Made by a program: the position numbers and the translations under genes
Shown: piece by piece, positions 8,103 through 18,435 of the stretch
How positions within the stretch are numbered: position 1 is the stretch's first letter
How the letters are laid out: every line of letters begins with the position of its first letter
The notes under the pieces: generated by a model
The model's input: the letters and a program-made list of their open reading frames with translations, nothing else
The model's database searches: none
What the model was told of the DNA's origin: nothing
Assembly: GCA_002421425.1 (NCBI GenBank)
Contig: DIJZ01000011.1
Span: 2,307-66,306 of the forward strand
Reading direction: 5' to 3'
Source of the DNA: a candidate division WOR-3 bacterium UBA5631
Lineage (GTDB): Bacteria > Hydrothermota > Hydrothermia > UBA1063
Length of the DNA: 64,000 nucleotides

Positions 8103-8996
8103 ATGTTCAAGAATTTTGATGATGTAATTCAGCTGGCAAAAAGCAAGGGAAGAAAGAAGATCGCTGTGGTGGAGGGGGTTTCAGAGGAGATCGTTGAAGG
8201 GCTTAAACTTGCGAAGGAACTGGCATTTCCTATTCTTATTGGTGATTCTGAGAAGATAAAGAAGTTTGCGGAGGCCCAAGGGATTGATGAGTATGAGGTT
8301 ATGGATTCTAAGAGCCCTGTGGAGTCAGCCTTTAAGGCTTGTGATCTCGTGAAAGAGGGAAAAGCTGATTTTCTAATGAAAGGCAAGATTGATACACCAA
8401 CATTTCTGAGGAGCCTTCTGGATAAGGAGAGAGGGATTCGAATTGACAAGATTTTCTCACACATAACTCTTCTTGAGGTTCCCAACTACCACAAGCTGGT
8501 ATTTCTGACTGATGCCGGAATGAATATTAGACCCGATTTGAAAATGAAAATCAGTATACTTCAAAACGCTATTGATATTATGAAAACCCTGGGCTATGAT
8601 GAAATAAAAGTCGCTTTTCTTGCTTCTCTTGAAATCTTGCATGAGGATATGCCCGAAACCATCGACTTTGCCGCTATTTCAAAACTTCAGGATAGAAGCT
8701 TTTTCAAAGGCGTTAAAGTATACCTTGATGGGCCAATGGGATTTGATATAGCTGTTTCAAAGAGAGCAGCGGAGCTCAAGGGTATTACTTCTGTTGTCAG
8801 CGGTGATGCAGATCTGTGGATGGTCCCCGATGTAGCATCGGGTAATATTCTGGCAAAGGCTTTGATCTACATTGCTAAGGCAAAGGCTGGAGGCTTGATC
8901 TACGGAGCAAAAGTCCCTGTAGTACTTCTGTCCAGAGCTGATGAACCTGAGTTGAAATATTACTCAATTGCTTTTGCAGTGGCGGCTTGTGGATAG
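8103..8996 (+). CDS. ptb: phosphate butyryltransferase (PTA_PTB family, short form)
   Basis: ATG at 8103 after AAAGGAG. MFKNFDDVIQLAKSKGRKKIAVVEGV...GKADFLMKGKIDTPTFLRSLL...FLTDAGMNIRPDLK...PVVLLSRADEPELKYYSIAFAVAA aligns along its full length with clostridial Ptb (from memory). Confidence 0.8.
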   Translation: MFKNFDDVIQLAKSKGRKKIAVVEGVSEEIVEGLKLAKELAFPILIGDSEKIKKFAEAQGIDEYEVMDSKSPVESAFKACDLVKEGKADFLMKGKIDTPTFLRSLLDKERGIRIDKIFSHITLLEVPNYHKLVFLTDAGMNIRPDLKMKISILQNAIDIMKTLGYDEIKVAFLASLEILHEDMPETIDFAAISKLQDRSFFKGVKVYLDGPMGFDIAVSKRAAELKGITSVVSGDADLWMVPDVASGNILAKALIYIAKAKAGGLIYGAKVPVVLLSRADEPELKYYSIAFAVAACG

Positions 8997-9660
8997 GTAC
9001 CACTTAAAGGTCTGTGAGTCTACAAATGATACTGCCAGGTTCTTCCTGGAGAGTGGGGTGAAAGTTCCTTTTGTAGTTACTGCTGAAGTTCAGACCCGTG
9101 GAAGGGGACAGAGAACCAGGAAATGGGCTTCTGAAAAAGGCGGTTTGTATTCTTCTTTTGCTCTTGAAAAAATGCATTCCCGCAAAGCATTAATTCTTGG
9201 TGCACATTCGGCGTATTATGTTCTGGTAAAATACTTACCAGTAAAGGTTAGGTTTCCAAATGATTTGATGGTGGAGAACAGAAAAATCGGAGGTGTTCTC
9301 GTCGAACAAACGAATTCCGCTACGATAATAGGAATAGGAATCAATGTAAATCAGAGAGAGTTTCCTGAGGAGCTTCACGGCAACGCCACAAGTCTGTTTC
9401 TTGAGAAAGGGATGGAGTTCGATATTATGGAGATCACAAACCATCTTGTTAATGCTGTAGAAAGGCTAAAAAGAGTTGGATATGAGAGCCTGTTTGAGGA
9501 ATATGTGAAGACAGTCTTTCGGGGTGGTGAGTGTGTTATTCATTTGAAAAATGGAAGGGAAATAAGTTGCGTGATTGAGAAAGTGGATAAGGAGTTTAAT
9601 GTTTACACAACGAGTGGCAACTTTCTTTTTGATGACATTATATGGATCGAATGGCTATAA
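8968..9660 (+). CDS. birA: biotin--[acetyl-CoA-carboxylase] ligase (group I, no HTH domain)
   Basis: Contains VVTAEVQTRGRGQRTRKWASEKGGLYSSF (the GRGRxGRxW biotin-binding loop) and NDLMVENRKIGGVLVE. The exact start is uncertain (TTG 8968/8974 or GTG 8989) and overlaps the end of ptb. Confidence 0.8.
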   Translation: MLLQWRLVDRYHLKVCESTNDTARFFLESGVKVPFVVTAEVQTRGRGQRTRKWASEKGGLYSSFALEKMHSRKALILGAHSAYYVLVKYLPVKVRFPNDLMVENRKIGGVLVEQTNSATIIGIGINVNQREFPEELHGNATSLFLEKGMEFDIMEITNHLVNAVERLKRVGYESLFEEYVKTVFRGGECVIHLKNGREISCVIEKVDKEFNVYTTSGNFLFDDIIWIEWL

Positions 9661-10409
9661 TCATCTGTGTTGATATAGGCAACCGGAATGTGAAAACCGG
9701 ATATTTCAATTATGAAGGATTATTATTTGTAGAAGACGGTTTTCCAAAAGAAGATGAATTAAGGAAAGCTGAGGTACTGATATACAGTTCAGTATCCGAT
9801 AAGAAATTAAAGAACCTACAAAGTCTACTGGAATCTGCCAGTTTTTCAGGAAAGGTTTTAAGAGTGAAGCCACAGGCAACGGGCCTAAAAGTAAGTTATA
9901 AAAAACCTGAGCAGCTTGGTGACGATAGAACCGCTTTTGCTTTTCATATATGGAAAAAATTAGGGCATGGATTGGGGATTGATGCCGGAACTTTCATTAA
10001 CATAGAATGGGTCAGCGGTGGCACGCATTATCCATTAGTAATTTTTCCGGGTATTAAGATCTTGCAGGAATGCTTTAAAAAAGGCGAAAGGCTCAAGGAT
10101 CTCGAATTTAACCAGCTCTTCTTTACTGGACATGCAAAGTTTGGGTTTCCCAATTTTAGTTTTTCCCTGATGAATAGCTGGATTCCTCATTCCAGTGAGG
10201 AGTGCATGGGCCTTGGCTTGTTACTTTCTCTAAAGGGACTAATTAATGAAGTAGTTGCAATGACTAAAGAAACGAACGTCATCTTTACCGGAGGTGATGG
10301 ATTATTTTTGAAGAAACTTTTGGGCGATAATGGCGTCTATGAAAAAGATGCAGTTCTGCTTGGATTATATGAATACTACACTGCGTCTGTTCAGGATTCT
10401 AAACTTTGA
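9642..10409 (+). CDS. coaX: type III pantothenate kinase
   Basis: Motifs IICVDIGNRNVKTGYF, LGDDRTAFAF and GIDAGTFINIEWV. The birA-coaX adjacency is common. The 3' end overlaps the convergent hflX by 19 nt. Confidence 0.75.
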   Translation: MDRMAIIICVDIGNRNVKTGYFNYEGLLFVEDGFPKEDELRKAEVLIYSSVSDKKLKNLQSLLESASFSGKVLRVKPQATGLKVSYKKPEQLGDDRTAFAFHIWKKLGHGLGIDAGTFINIEWVSGGTHYPLVIFPGIKILQECFKKGERLKDLEFNQLFFTGHAKFGFPNFSFSLMNSWIPHSSEECMGLGLLLSLKGLINEVVAMTKETNVIFTGGDGLFLKKLLGDNGVYEKDAVLLGLYEYYTASVQDSKL

Positions 10410-11497
10410 AATTTTCTAATGATTTCTTTCTTAAGTTCATCAATGCCCTTTTTAAGCTTTGCAGAAACAAATAAAGCGTAAGGGTATTTCTCCCTGAGTC
10501 TTTCGATAACTGAAGGCTCTATTACAAGATCAACTTTGTTGAATACATTCAGGATTGGCTTGTTCCCACATTCAATGTCATTTAGGACTGATTGAACCGT
10601 CTCTATTTTTGGCTCGACGGGTTCGTTTGTAATATCAATCACGTGAATCAAAAGATCCGCTTCTCTTGCGACTCCCAGAGTTGCTTTGAATGAGGCGATC
10701 AGGTGATGAGGGATATCTTCTATAAAACCGACAGTATCCGAAACTACTACTTGCTTTTCGAGAGTATTCTGGAACATCATCCTGGTAGTGGCATCCAGAG
10801 TGGAAAAGGGTCTGTCTTCCACAGGTAGGGCGGATTTAGTGAGCAGGTTCATTATAGAAGATTTCCCGGAGTTCGTGTATCCTACAAGGGTTACTTTGTA
10901 AATCTCGCGCCTTCTTCGGTAGTGCAATTGTCTCGTTTTTTCAATTTCCATAAGTTCCCTTTGAAGGTGAGAAATTCTATCCTTGATTTTTCTTCTATCG
11001 ACTTCAAGTTTCTTTTCCCCAGGACCCCTTGTCCCAATTCCACCCCCCAGTCTTGATAAATCTACCCCCTTTCCTGTAAGGCGTGTCATCCGATAAAGAA
11101 GTTGTGCGAGTTCCACCTGAATCTTGGCTTCTATGGTTTCGGCATGCTGGGCGAATATATCAAGAATCAGTTCAGTGCGGTCAATTATCTTGCACTTGAT
11201 TATTTCTTCGAGGTTACGAACCTGAGAGGGAGATAGGTCCTGATCAAAAATTACGAGATCGATTCCAAATTTTTCACAAATTTCTTGAATTTCAAAGGCT
11301 TTACCTTTTCCAACGAGATATGCAGGATCAAAGGAAGGTCGAATCTGGAGAATCTTCTCGAAGACCTCAGCACCTGCTGCTTTCGCAAGTTGCTGAAGTT
11401 CTTCAAGTCTGTCAAGTTCATGCCACCTTCCCTGAGAAGAGTTGCAAACCCCAACAAGGAGGGCTTTTTCAGTGGGTTTTTCAGAAGTTAAATACAT
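10391..11497 (-). CDS. hflX: GTPase HflX
   Basis: 368 aa. It has the HflX N-terminal domain (ELQQLAKAAGAEV...DRTELILDIFAQHA...LAQLLYRMTRL), GPGEKKLEVDRR, and a G domain (LVGYTNSGKSSIMN, DTVGF, NKVD). Confidence 0.9.
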   Translation of the reverse strand: MYLTSEKPTEKALLVGVCNSSQGRWHELDRLEELQQLAKAAGAEVFEKILQIRPSFDPAYLVGKGKAFEIQEICEKFGIDLVIFDQDLSPSQVRNLEEIIKCKIIDRTELILDIFAQHAETIEAKIQVELAQLLYRMTRLTGKGVDLSRLGGGIGTRGPGEKKLEVDRRKIKDRISHLQRELMEIEKTRQLHYRRRREIYKVTLVGYTNSGKSSIMNLLTKSALPVEDRPFSTLDATTRMMFQNTLEKQVVVSDTVGFIEDIPHHLIASFKATLGVAREADLLIHVIDITNEPVEPKIETVQSVLNDIECGNKPILNVFNKVDLVIEPSVIERLREKYPYALFVSAKLKKGIDELKKEIIRKFQSLES

Positions 11498-13778
11498 CCT
11501 TCACAATTTCACTGACATGTTTGACGAACTTAATATTCAGTTTTTCAGTAATGTCTTTCTTTATTTCGTCGACATCTTTCTTGTTTTCGAACGGAACATA
11601 TACCGTAGTTAAACCATGTCTCTTCGCAGCAAGAAGTTTCTCTTCAAGTCCACCAATTGCAAGGACTTGCCCTGTAATGGTTATTTCACCGGTCATCCCA
11701 ACATCACTGGGAACTGTTTTCCCTGTGAGGCTTGAAAGCATGGCAACGAGGATTGTAACTCCCGCTGAAGGCCCGTCTTTTGGAATGGATCCTTCTGGAA
11801 CATGAAGGTGGAGGTCTATTTTGTTGTAAAAATCCCTCTCCAGGCCGAAATCCAGGTAGTTCGTTCGAATGTACGTTAGAGCTGCCTTCGCGGATTCTTT
11901 CATAATATCTCCCAGTTGTCCTGTTAATTCAAGTTTTCCGCTTCCATCCATCTTTGCGACTTCGATTCTGAGGATTTCGCCCCCAAATTCTGTCCAGGCA
12001 AGCCCGTATGCGACACCGGCGGGAAGGGTTTCTGTAAGTTCTCTTAGCCTGTAACGTGGTTGTCCCAGGAATTCTTCGAGATTTGCTGCAGAAACTTTTA
12101 TTTTCTTATTCTCGTCGGCATAAATTTTTGCCGCCTTCCTAGTTATTTTTGCAATTTGTCTTTCCAGTTCGCGAAGCCCTGCCTCTCTTGAATATTCATT
12201 TATAATGCGGTGAACTGCCTTCGCTGTAACCTGCAGGGTTCCATCAGGGAGTCCCGAGGCTCTTATTTGCTTTGGAAGTAAAAACTTTTTAGCGATATGG
12301 AATTTTTCATTTTCAAGGTAACCTCTAATCGGAATTACTTCCATTCTGTCAAGGAGAGGTTTTGGTATGGTGTAGGTAGTATTGGCAGTAGTGATAAACA
12401 AAACTTGAGAGAGGTCGTAATCCACCTCCAGGTAATGGTCCTGAAAGAATTTGTTTATTTCGGGGTCAAGAACCTCCATAAGAGCTGCCTGTGGGTCTCC
12501 TCTCCAATCCTGACCGACCTTGTCAATTTCATCCAATAAGAATACGGGGTTTGAACTCCCCGCCCTTCTTATCTGCTGAATGATCTTTCCGGGAAGCGCC
12601 CCGACATAGGTTCTCCTGTGGCCCTTTATTTCTGCCTCGTCCCTCAAACCTCCAAGGGAGATCCGCACGAACTTTCTGTTAAGAGCCCTTGCAATGGATT
12701 TTGCCAGGGATGTTTTCCCCACCCCTGGCGGACCAACGAAGCAAATAACCTGCCCCCTGACTTCACCTTTCAGCTTTAATACCGCCAGATACTCAAGAAT
12801 TCTCTCTTTTTGCTCTTCAAGCCCGTAGTGGTCTTCGTCTAGAATTTCTCGGGCATGGTTTATGTCGAGGTTGTCTTCTGTGTATACACCCCAGGGAAGG
12901 TTAATTAGCCAGTCCAGGTAGTTTCTCAAAACTGTAGAATCAGGTGACATTGAGGGAGTTCTCCTGAGTTTATTCAGTTCTCCCAGGGCTTTCTTTTTCA
13001 CGTCTTCAGGCATCAGAGAATCACGGATTGCCTTCTCCATATTGTCGAATTCATCTTCCTCAGTGGTGCCTAATTCTTTCTGGATCTCTTTAATTTCCTG
13101 CTGTAAGAAATATTGTTTTTGGTATTTCTTGATTTCTTCGGAAACCCTTGATTCAATATTGATTTTCAGGTTCATGAACTCGATTTCTCTAAGAAGAATG
13201 TCTACGAGCCTTCGGAGAAGATCCCCAAGATCGTTGATCCTGAATAGTTCAATCTGCTCATCAAATTTTAGTCTAAGGGCATTCAACACCTTGAAAGCAA
13301 TCCCCCAGGGGTCAGCCGATTCGTCGAAAACATTAAAGGCGCCTTCAGGAACATTTTTTGCAAGCTCAATATATTTGGCGAAGTATTCTCTTAGCAATCT
13401 TACGTAATTTCCAATATCAGGATTCTCTGGAACCAGGAGTTCTACAGGTTCGTAGTACGCATAAAAAGTATCATCCTGATAAACCAGTTCAGTGATTCTC
13501 ACTTTCTCAAGACCCTCCACGATGGCGCGAATTGAACCATCAGGAGGCACAATATGCTGGATAAAGAGCCCCACCGTTCCATACTCAAGAAGGTCTGTCA
13601 TTGATGATGGAGACTCTAATTCTGCATTGAGCTGTGTCACAAAAAGAGCCTGCTTGTTTAAAGTGAGCGCTTCCCTTGCAGCTTTCAATGAAAAAGGTCT
13701 TCCAATCATTACTGGTGATACCACCGATGGATAAATTATTAATTCCCTTGTTATAATTACAGGAAGTCTATTTTCCAT
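11481..13778 (-). CDS. lon: ATP-dependent Lon protease (endopeptidase La)
   Basis: 765 aa. LON N-domain, Walker A GPPGVGKTS, DEIDK, and the protease motif PKDGPSAGVTI with the catalytic Ser. Confidence 0.95.
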   Translation of the reverse strand: MENRLPVIITRELIIYPSVVSPVMIGRPFSLKAAREALTLNKQALFVTQLNAELESPSSMTDLLEYGTVGLFIQHIVPPDGSIRAIVEGLEKVRITELVYQDDTFYAYYEPVELLVPENPDIGNYVRLLREYFAKYIELAKNVPEGAFNVFDESADPWGIAFKVLNALRLKFDEQIELFRINDLGDLLRRLVDILLREIEFMNLKINIESRVSEEIKKYQKQYFLQQEIKEIQKELGTTEEDEFDNMEKAIRDSLMPEDVKKKALGELNKLRRTPSMSPDSTVLRNYLDWLINLPWGVYTEDNLDINHAREILDEDHYGLEEQKERILEYLAVLKLKGEVRGQVICFVGPPGVGKTSLAKSIARALNRKFVRISLGGLRDEAEIKGHRRTYVGALPGKIIQQIRRAGSSNPVFLLDEIDKVGQDWRGDPQAALMEVLDPEINKFFQDHYLEVDYDLSQVLFITTANTTYTIPKPLLDRMEVIPIRGYLENEKFHIAKKFLLPKQIRASGLPDGTLQVTAKAVHRIINEYSREAGLRELERQIAKITRKAAKIYADENKKIKVSAANLEEFLGQPRYRLRELTETLPAGVAYGLAWTEFGGEILRIEVAKMDGSGKLELTGQLGDIMKESAKAALTYIRTNYLDFGLERDFYNKIDLHLHVPEGSIPKDGPSAGVTILVAMLSSLTGKTVPSDVGMTGEITITGQVLAIGGLEEKLLAAKRHGLTTVYVPFENKKDVDEIKKDITEKLNIKFVKHVSEIVKDVFNF

Positions 13779-13786
13779 AGCAGCTT

Positions 13787-15040
13787 TTAAGGCCTTTCCC
13801 TTCTTCGTTTGAGGTTATCTGAAAAGATTATAACGGGCTCCTTTCCACTGGTAATTACTTCTTTATCTACAATCACTTCTTCAACAGGTTTCTTGAGTTT
13901 CATTGTTGGGAGTTTGAACATTGTTTCAAGTAATGCTTTTTCAATAATGTTCCTTAAACCCCTTGCACCTGTCTTTGTCTGAATAGAAATTTCCGCAATA
14001 GCATCCAGGGCGTCATCGGTGAAGGTGAGCCTTGCATTTTCCATTTCGAAGAATCTCTGATACTGCTTAATAATTGCGTCCCGGGGTTCAGTCAGGATCT
14101 TTATTAATTCTCTTTTGCCAAGGGAGTGTAAAGGTACAATCAATGGTATTCTCCCAATGAATTCAGGAAGAAACCCGTATTTTACAAGATCATGAGGCTC
14201 CACTTTGGACACAAGATCATCGTAACTGAGGCGTGCCATATCTTTCACATTTGACTTAAAGCCCATCTCAGTGGAACCCATCCGATTCCTTATTATGTCT
14301 TCAACTCCAACGAAAGCTCCACCCATAATAAAGAGGATGTTGGAAGTGTCTAACTGGAACGATCCCTGCTCTGGCATTTTCTTGTTACTCCGCATAGGAA
14401 CATTTACCACATGGCCTTCAAGCAACTTTAGAAGCTCTTCCTGAACGCCTTCACCTGATACGTCGCGACCTGTTGTTGGTTTGTAAGCAATTTTGTCAAT
14501 TTCATCAAGATAGACAATCCCATATGACGCCTTTTCTAAATCACCACCCGCATTCTGAATCAATCTCAGGAGAACAGTTTCAACATCCTCACCCACGTAG
14601 CCTGATTCTGTAAGAGACGTGACATCGAAAATCGCGAAGGGAACATCCAGGAGTTTTGCGAGGGTTTTGGCAAGCAAAGTTTTTCCACAACCAGTAGGTC
14701 CTATGAGGAGGACGTTTGTTTTTTGAAGTTCGATGTCTTTTTTGGGGTTTACAATTCTCTTGTAATGGTTGTATACGGCTACTGAGAGAACTTTCTTCGC
14801 AAAGTCCTGGCCCACAACATAGTCATCCAGGTAAACTTTGATCTCTTCAGGTGTTGGCAAATTGAAAGTTCTAAATTCTTTCTTTGTTTTCTCTTCGTCG
14901 ATAATGATTTCATTGGCAATCCTTACACAGTCTTCACATATATATGCATCAATTCCAGAAATGAATCTCAGGTTATCGCTTTTTGGTCTTCCGCAGAAGG
15001 AGCAGTGGACAATCCTGTCCCGGCTAGATTTTCTTGGCAT
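13787..15040 (-). CDS. clpX: ATP-dependent Clp protease ATP-binding subunit ClpX
   Basis: Zinc finger CSFCGR...CEDC, Walker A GPTGCGKT, IVYLDEIDK, and the LPEFIGR IGF-loop context. Confidence 0.95.
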   Translation of the reverse strand: MPRKSSRDRIVHCSFCGRPKSDNLRFISGIDAYICEDCVRIANEIIIDEEKTKKEFRTFNLPTPEEIKVYLDDYVVGQDFAKKVLSVAVYNHYKRIVNPKKDIELQKTNVLLIGPTGCGKTLLAKTLAKLLDVPFAIFDVTSLTESGYVGEDVETVLLRLIQNAGGDLEKASYGIVYLDEIDKIAYKPTTGRDVSGEGVQEELLKLLEGHVVNVPMRSNKKMPEQGSFQLDTSNILFIMGGAFVGVEDIIRNRMGSTEMGFKSNVKDMARLSYDDLVSKVEPHDLVKYGFLPEFIGRIPLIVPLHSLGKRELIKILTEPRDAIIKQYQRFFEMENARLTFTDDALDAIAEISIQTKTGARGLRNIIEKALLETMFKLPTMKLKKPVEEVIVDKEVITSGKEPVIIFSDNLKRRRERP

Positions 15041-15041
15041 T

Positions 15042-15659
15042 TTACTTCTTTTCCTCCTTACGAGTGAAAATTACCTCATCCACCAACCCGTAGTCTTTTG
15101 CCTCATGGGCGGACATGAAAAACTCCCTGTCAGTATCTTTTTCAATTTTCTCGATAGGTTGCCCAGTATGTTTTGCCAGAACATTATTCAACAGGTCCCT
15201 CATTCTCATGATTTCCTCGGCATGGATTTTTATGTCAATTGCCTGTCCTTCCACTCCACCCCATGGCTGATGAATCATAATTCTCGAGTGGGGCAAAGCA
15301 TATCTTTTACTTTTTTTACCTGCAGCCAGAAGGACAGCACCCATAGATGCTGCCATTCCCACGCAGATTGTCGCAACATCCGGTTTTATATATTGCATTG
15401 TATCGTATATTGCGAGGCCAGCTGTGACTTCACCACCTGGTGAATTGATGTACAGATTAATATCTCTCTCCGGATTTTCAGCTTCAAGGAACAGCATCTG
15501 AGCAACAACGAGGTTGGCAACATGGCCGTTTATCGGCGAACCAAGGAATATAATTCTATCTTTTAAAAGCCTCGAATAAATATCGTATACTCTTTCACCT
15601 CTGCCTGTAACTTCGATTACATAAGGCACGTACTGATCTATTATTTTCTTGATGTTCAT
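15042..15659 (-). CDS. clpP: ATP-dependent Clp protease proteolytic subunit
   Basis: Motifs [23 protein letters not shown] (catalytic Ser) and MIHQP (His). Confidence 0.95.
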   Translation of the reverse strand: MNIKKIIDQYVPYVIEVTGRGERVYDIYSRLLKDRIIFLGSPINGHVANLVVAQMLFLEAENPERDINLYINSPGGEVTAGLAIYDTMQYIKPDVATICVGMAASMGAVLLAAGKKSKRYALPHSRIMIHQPWGGVEGQAIDIKIHAEEIMRMRDLLNNVLAKHTGQPIEKIEKDTDREFFMSAHEAKDYGLVDEVIFTRKEEKK

Positions 15660-16873
15660 TCTATTATGACCTCCACTTTGATTGAATTCTTCAAAAGTTC
15701 AAGGGCTTTATTTCTAAGGATTTCATCGACAATTCCTTCCATAAGCCCCCTCTTCTCAAGCTCTTTTCTGTAGTTTTTAGGATCCATTCTGTAGATTTTG
15801 GCCTTTTCTTCAATGGACTTTATAATCTCTTCCTCGGAGGCAGTTAAACCTTGTTGTTCTACATAGTTCTTAAGGATAATTTCCTTTTTAACTATATCTT
15901 CTGCAACTTTCTCAAAGGATTTTCTTATTTCCTGATCTTTTGGATCGTATCGGAAGCTCTGCGCAATTCGGGTTATTTTTTCTTCAACTAAAGAGCGCGG
16001 AAGTTCGAATTGAATCCTGTTGTAGATTTCATCGATCATTTGCCATTCGAGATGATCTTCTGACGCCTTCTCGTTCTGTTTTATAAGGTATTCCCTGATT
16101 TGTTCCTTCATCTTTTCGAGACTTTCATACCCAAGTTTTTTCGCGAAATCATCGTTAAGTTCAGGGAGAGAAAGCTCGGCTACATCTTTGATTCGGTACA
16201 CTATTTTTACTGGTTTGTTCTTCTCCTCATCGAGAATCTCAAGTTCAACGGTTTCTCCCTTCCGTTTATTAAGAAATTTCTCAATGACATCGGGGTTTAT
16301 GGTTTCAGAAGAGACCTGAATTGTAAGATTCTGCTTTTTCTTAGTAGTTCTTCCATTTTCAACCTCTTCGTAATCAACGATAATGTAGTCTCCTTCTCTA
16401 CTTTCCCTCTCCACGGGCTCTAGTTTACCTAGTTTTTTCTGATATTTTTCAATCTCGTCATCTACATCAATTTCAGAAACTCTTTTGATCTTCTTCTCAA
16501 GCTTTATGGCACCTAAATTAGGAAATACGAACGTAGGGATTGCTTCATACTCTACTGTGACTGTTATACTTTCGCTGTCATCCTTTCTCTCTTTGATGTA
16601 AATTTCAGATACGATGTCCTCTTTTCTTGCTTTGATTTCTTCATAAATCTTATGTTTGATGGCTTCATCCTGGGCATCTTCCAGTATTTCTTTCTCGAAG
16701 GCGTTCTTAATGAGTTCAATTGGCGCTTTTCCTGGTCTGAAGCCCTGAATTTTCGCTTTTCTTTGATACTCTAATGCGACCTTTTCGAGTTGTTCTTCAA
16801 TTTCATCGTTCGAAACCGTCACTGTAAGTTCCCTTATGGATTTTGGATTTACGTTCCCTATTAGTTTAGTCAT
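15656..16873 (-). CDS. tig: trigger factor
   Basis: 405 aa with GFRPGKAP at the N-terminus, in the conserved tig-clpP-clpX order. The SD GGAGG lies upstream. Confidence 0.9.
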   Translation of the reverse strand: MTKLIGNVNPKSIRELTVTVSNDEIEEQLEKVALEYQRKAKIQGFRPGKAPIELIKNAFEKEILEDAQDEAIKHKIYEEIKARKEDIVSEIYIKERKDDSESITVTVEYEAIPTFVFPNLGAIKLEKKIKRVSEIDVDDEIEKYQKKLGKLEPVERESREGDYIIVDYEEVENGRTTKKKQNLTIQVSSETINPDVIEKFLNKRKGETVELEILDEEKNKPVKIVYRIKDVAELSLPELNDDFAKKLGYESLEKMKEQIREYLIKQNEKASEDHLEWQMIDEIYNRIQFELPRSLVEEKITRIAQSFRYDPKDQEIRKSFEKVAEDIVKKEIILKNYVEQQGLTASEEEIIKSIEEKAKIYRMDPKNYRKELEKRGLMEGIVDEILRNKALELLKNSIKVEVIIE

Positions 16874-16945
16874 AAAACCTCCGTTTCGTATTATAAGTAA
16901 TTATAGTTCAAAAACCTTGAAAAGTAAAGGAAAATGAAGAATTCC

Positions 16946-18322
16946 TTAATGCAGCATCAGCGTTGCGATGCTGAGGTAGATGCCTGTTCCGATAATGTCC
17001 GCAAGGGTTGTAATTAGCGGTGTACTGGCAGATGCTGGATCTTTCTTAATTTTTACAAAAATGAAAGGCAACGAGAGGCCGAGAACGGAGCCAACTATCA
17101 CATTTACAAGCATTGCAATCACAACAACTCTGGCAACCTGCGGTCCCCCGCGAAGGAATCCCATTAACGATATTCCAAGAGCCATCGTGGCTCCAAGTAG
17201 ACCTGCAACGAGAAACTCTTTCATAAAAAGGAAAAGCCAGTCTTTTGGTTTCACTGTTCCAAGAGCGAGGGCTCTAATAAGAAGTGTTGCAGCCTGTGAG
17301 CCCGCGTTTCCTGCAGTATCAACCAGTACCGGTAAGAAGCTTACAAGAACGACATATTTTGCGATCATATCCTGAAAACCCTGTATAATTCCGCCGACTA
17401 TTAGGTCCATTAGCAAGAGAGCTATAAGCCAGGTAACTCTGCTTTGATATATCTTCCGAACTGGAACCTCTTTGAGATGAGTTAAGAATTCGGCACCAAC
17501 GACGTCAGGACTGACTGCTGAAATCTTTGCAAGGTCTTCAGTTTGTTCCTCGTCGAGTACGTCGATCATGTCATCGATGGTCACAATTCCAAGAAGAATC
17601 TTATCTCGGTCTACTACTGGAAGGACGTTCAAATTGTACTTTTTCATGAGTTTCACTGCCTCTTCCTGGTCCGTGTACGCTTCTACAAATACCACCTGGC
17701 CATCCATCAGGGTCTCTATTCTTTCCTCAAAGTCTGCGAAGATTATATCCTTAAGGTAAATGTCATCAACTAGGTGCAAGGAAGTATCCACTACATAGAT
17801 TATGTCTATAGTCTCTGCATCCTTACCGTTTTTTCTAATGTGCTCAAGGGCCTCTCTGCAAGTCCAGTGCGAACGGACGGCCACGTAATACGGTGTCATT
17901 AATCTTCCCACCGTGTTCTCGGGGTATCCGAGAAGTTTCAGGGTGTGTTTTCGTTCTTCTGTGGAAAGCATAGGCAGGAGCTTTTGTACTATCTGTCCAG
18001 GAAGTTCCTCGAACAGGCTTGCTCTGTCGTCGGGTTCAAGTTCTTCAATGATATTTCTTAACTCTTCGTCTCCCATCTTTTTCAAAAGTTGTTCCTGGAT
18101 TTCGAAATCGAGCTCACTGAAAACTTCGACCTGAACGTCTCTGGGAAGCAATCTGAATATTATAATTCTTTCCTCTTCTTTTAGGGATTGTATTAAGTAT
18201 GAAAGGTCCTGAGGAGGCCACTCGGAGAGGGCAATTTTTAGCTCATACCACTTCTTCTGCTCGACATATTCTTCGATGTCGGGTAGTATAAAATCTATGA
18301 ATTCGTTTCTCTCCAGTATCAT
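16946..18322 (-). CDS. mgtE: magnesium transporter MgtE
   Basis: 458 aa. MgtE N-domain, tandem CBS domains (LNVLPVVDRDKILLGIVTIDD), and a C-terminal 5-TM domain with VDTAGNAGSQ. Confidence 0.9.
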   Translation of the reverse strand: MILERNEFIDFILPDIEEYVEQKKWYELKIALSEWPPQDLSYLIQSLKEEERIIIFRLLPRDVQVEVFSELDFEIQEQLLKKMGDEELRNIIEELEPDDRASLFEELPGQIVQKLLPMLSTEERKHTLKLLGYPENTVGRLMTPYYVAVRSHWTCREALEHIRKNGKDAETIDIIYVVDTSLHLVDDIYLKDIIFADFEERIETLMDGQVVFVEAYTDQEEAVKLMKKYNLNVLPVVDRDKILLGIVTIDDMIDVLDEEQTEDLAKISAVSPDVVGAEFLTHLKEVPVRKIYQSRVTWLIALLLMDLIVGGIIQGFQDMIAKYVVLVSFLPVLVDTAGNAGSQAATLLIRALALGTVKPKDWLFLFMKEFLVAGLLGATMALGISLMGFLRGGPQVARVVVIAMLVNVIVGSVLGLSLPFIFVKIKKDPASASTPLITTLADIIGTGIYLSIATLMLH

Positions 18323-18394
18323 CCATAAGCCCTTGTTAGTGATAATTATAATTTAAACTGTATCTAAGTTCAAATCCTACTAACCTTGTATGGG

Positions 18395-18423
18395 TTGAAG
18401 GTTTAAGGCTGTTGCCTTAAAAT
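18395..18423 (+). promoter_or_regulatory. promoter candidate at the head of the hydrogenase/FDH array
   Basis: TTGAAG (18395-18400), a 17-nt spacer, then TAAAAT (18418-18423), 12 nt upstream of the ATG at 18436. No obvious SD. Confidence 0.4.
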
Positions 18424-18435
18424 ATTTGCAAACCT

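Noticed and set aside
11320-15443. Long plus-strand ORFs 11320..11805 (161 aa) and 14838..15443 (201 aa), plus other ORFs antisense to lon/clpX/clpP/tig
   Set aside because: They are antisense to strongly recognisable housekeeping genes. They have biased, low-complexity composition and no SD or start context.
18323-18435. M-box (Mg2+) riboswitch upstream of mgtE, and a tRNA-like GTTCAAATCC at about 18380
   Set aside because: Only 113 nt separate mgtE from the divergent DRTGG gene, which is too short for an M-box. The T-loop-like heptamer has no complementary T-stem or other tRNA arms.
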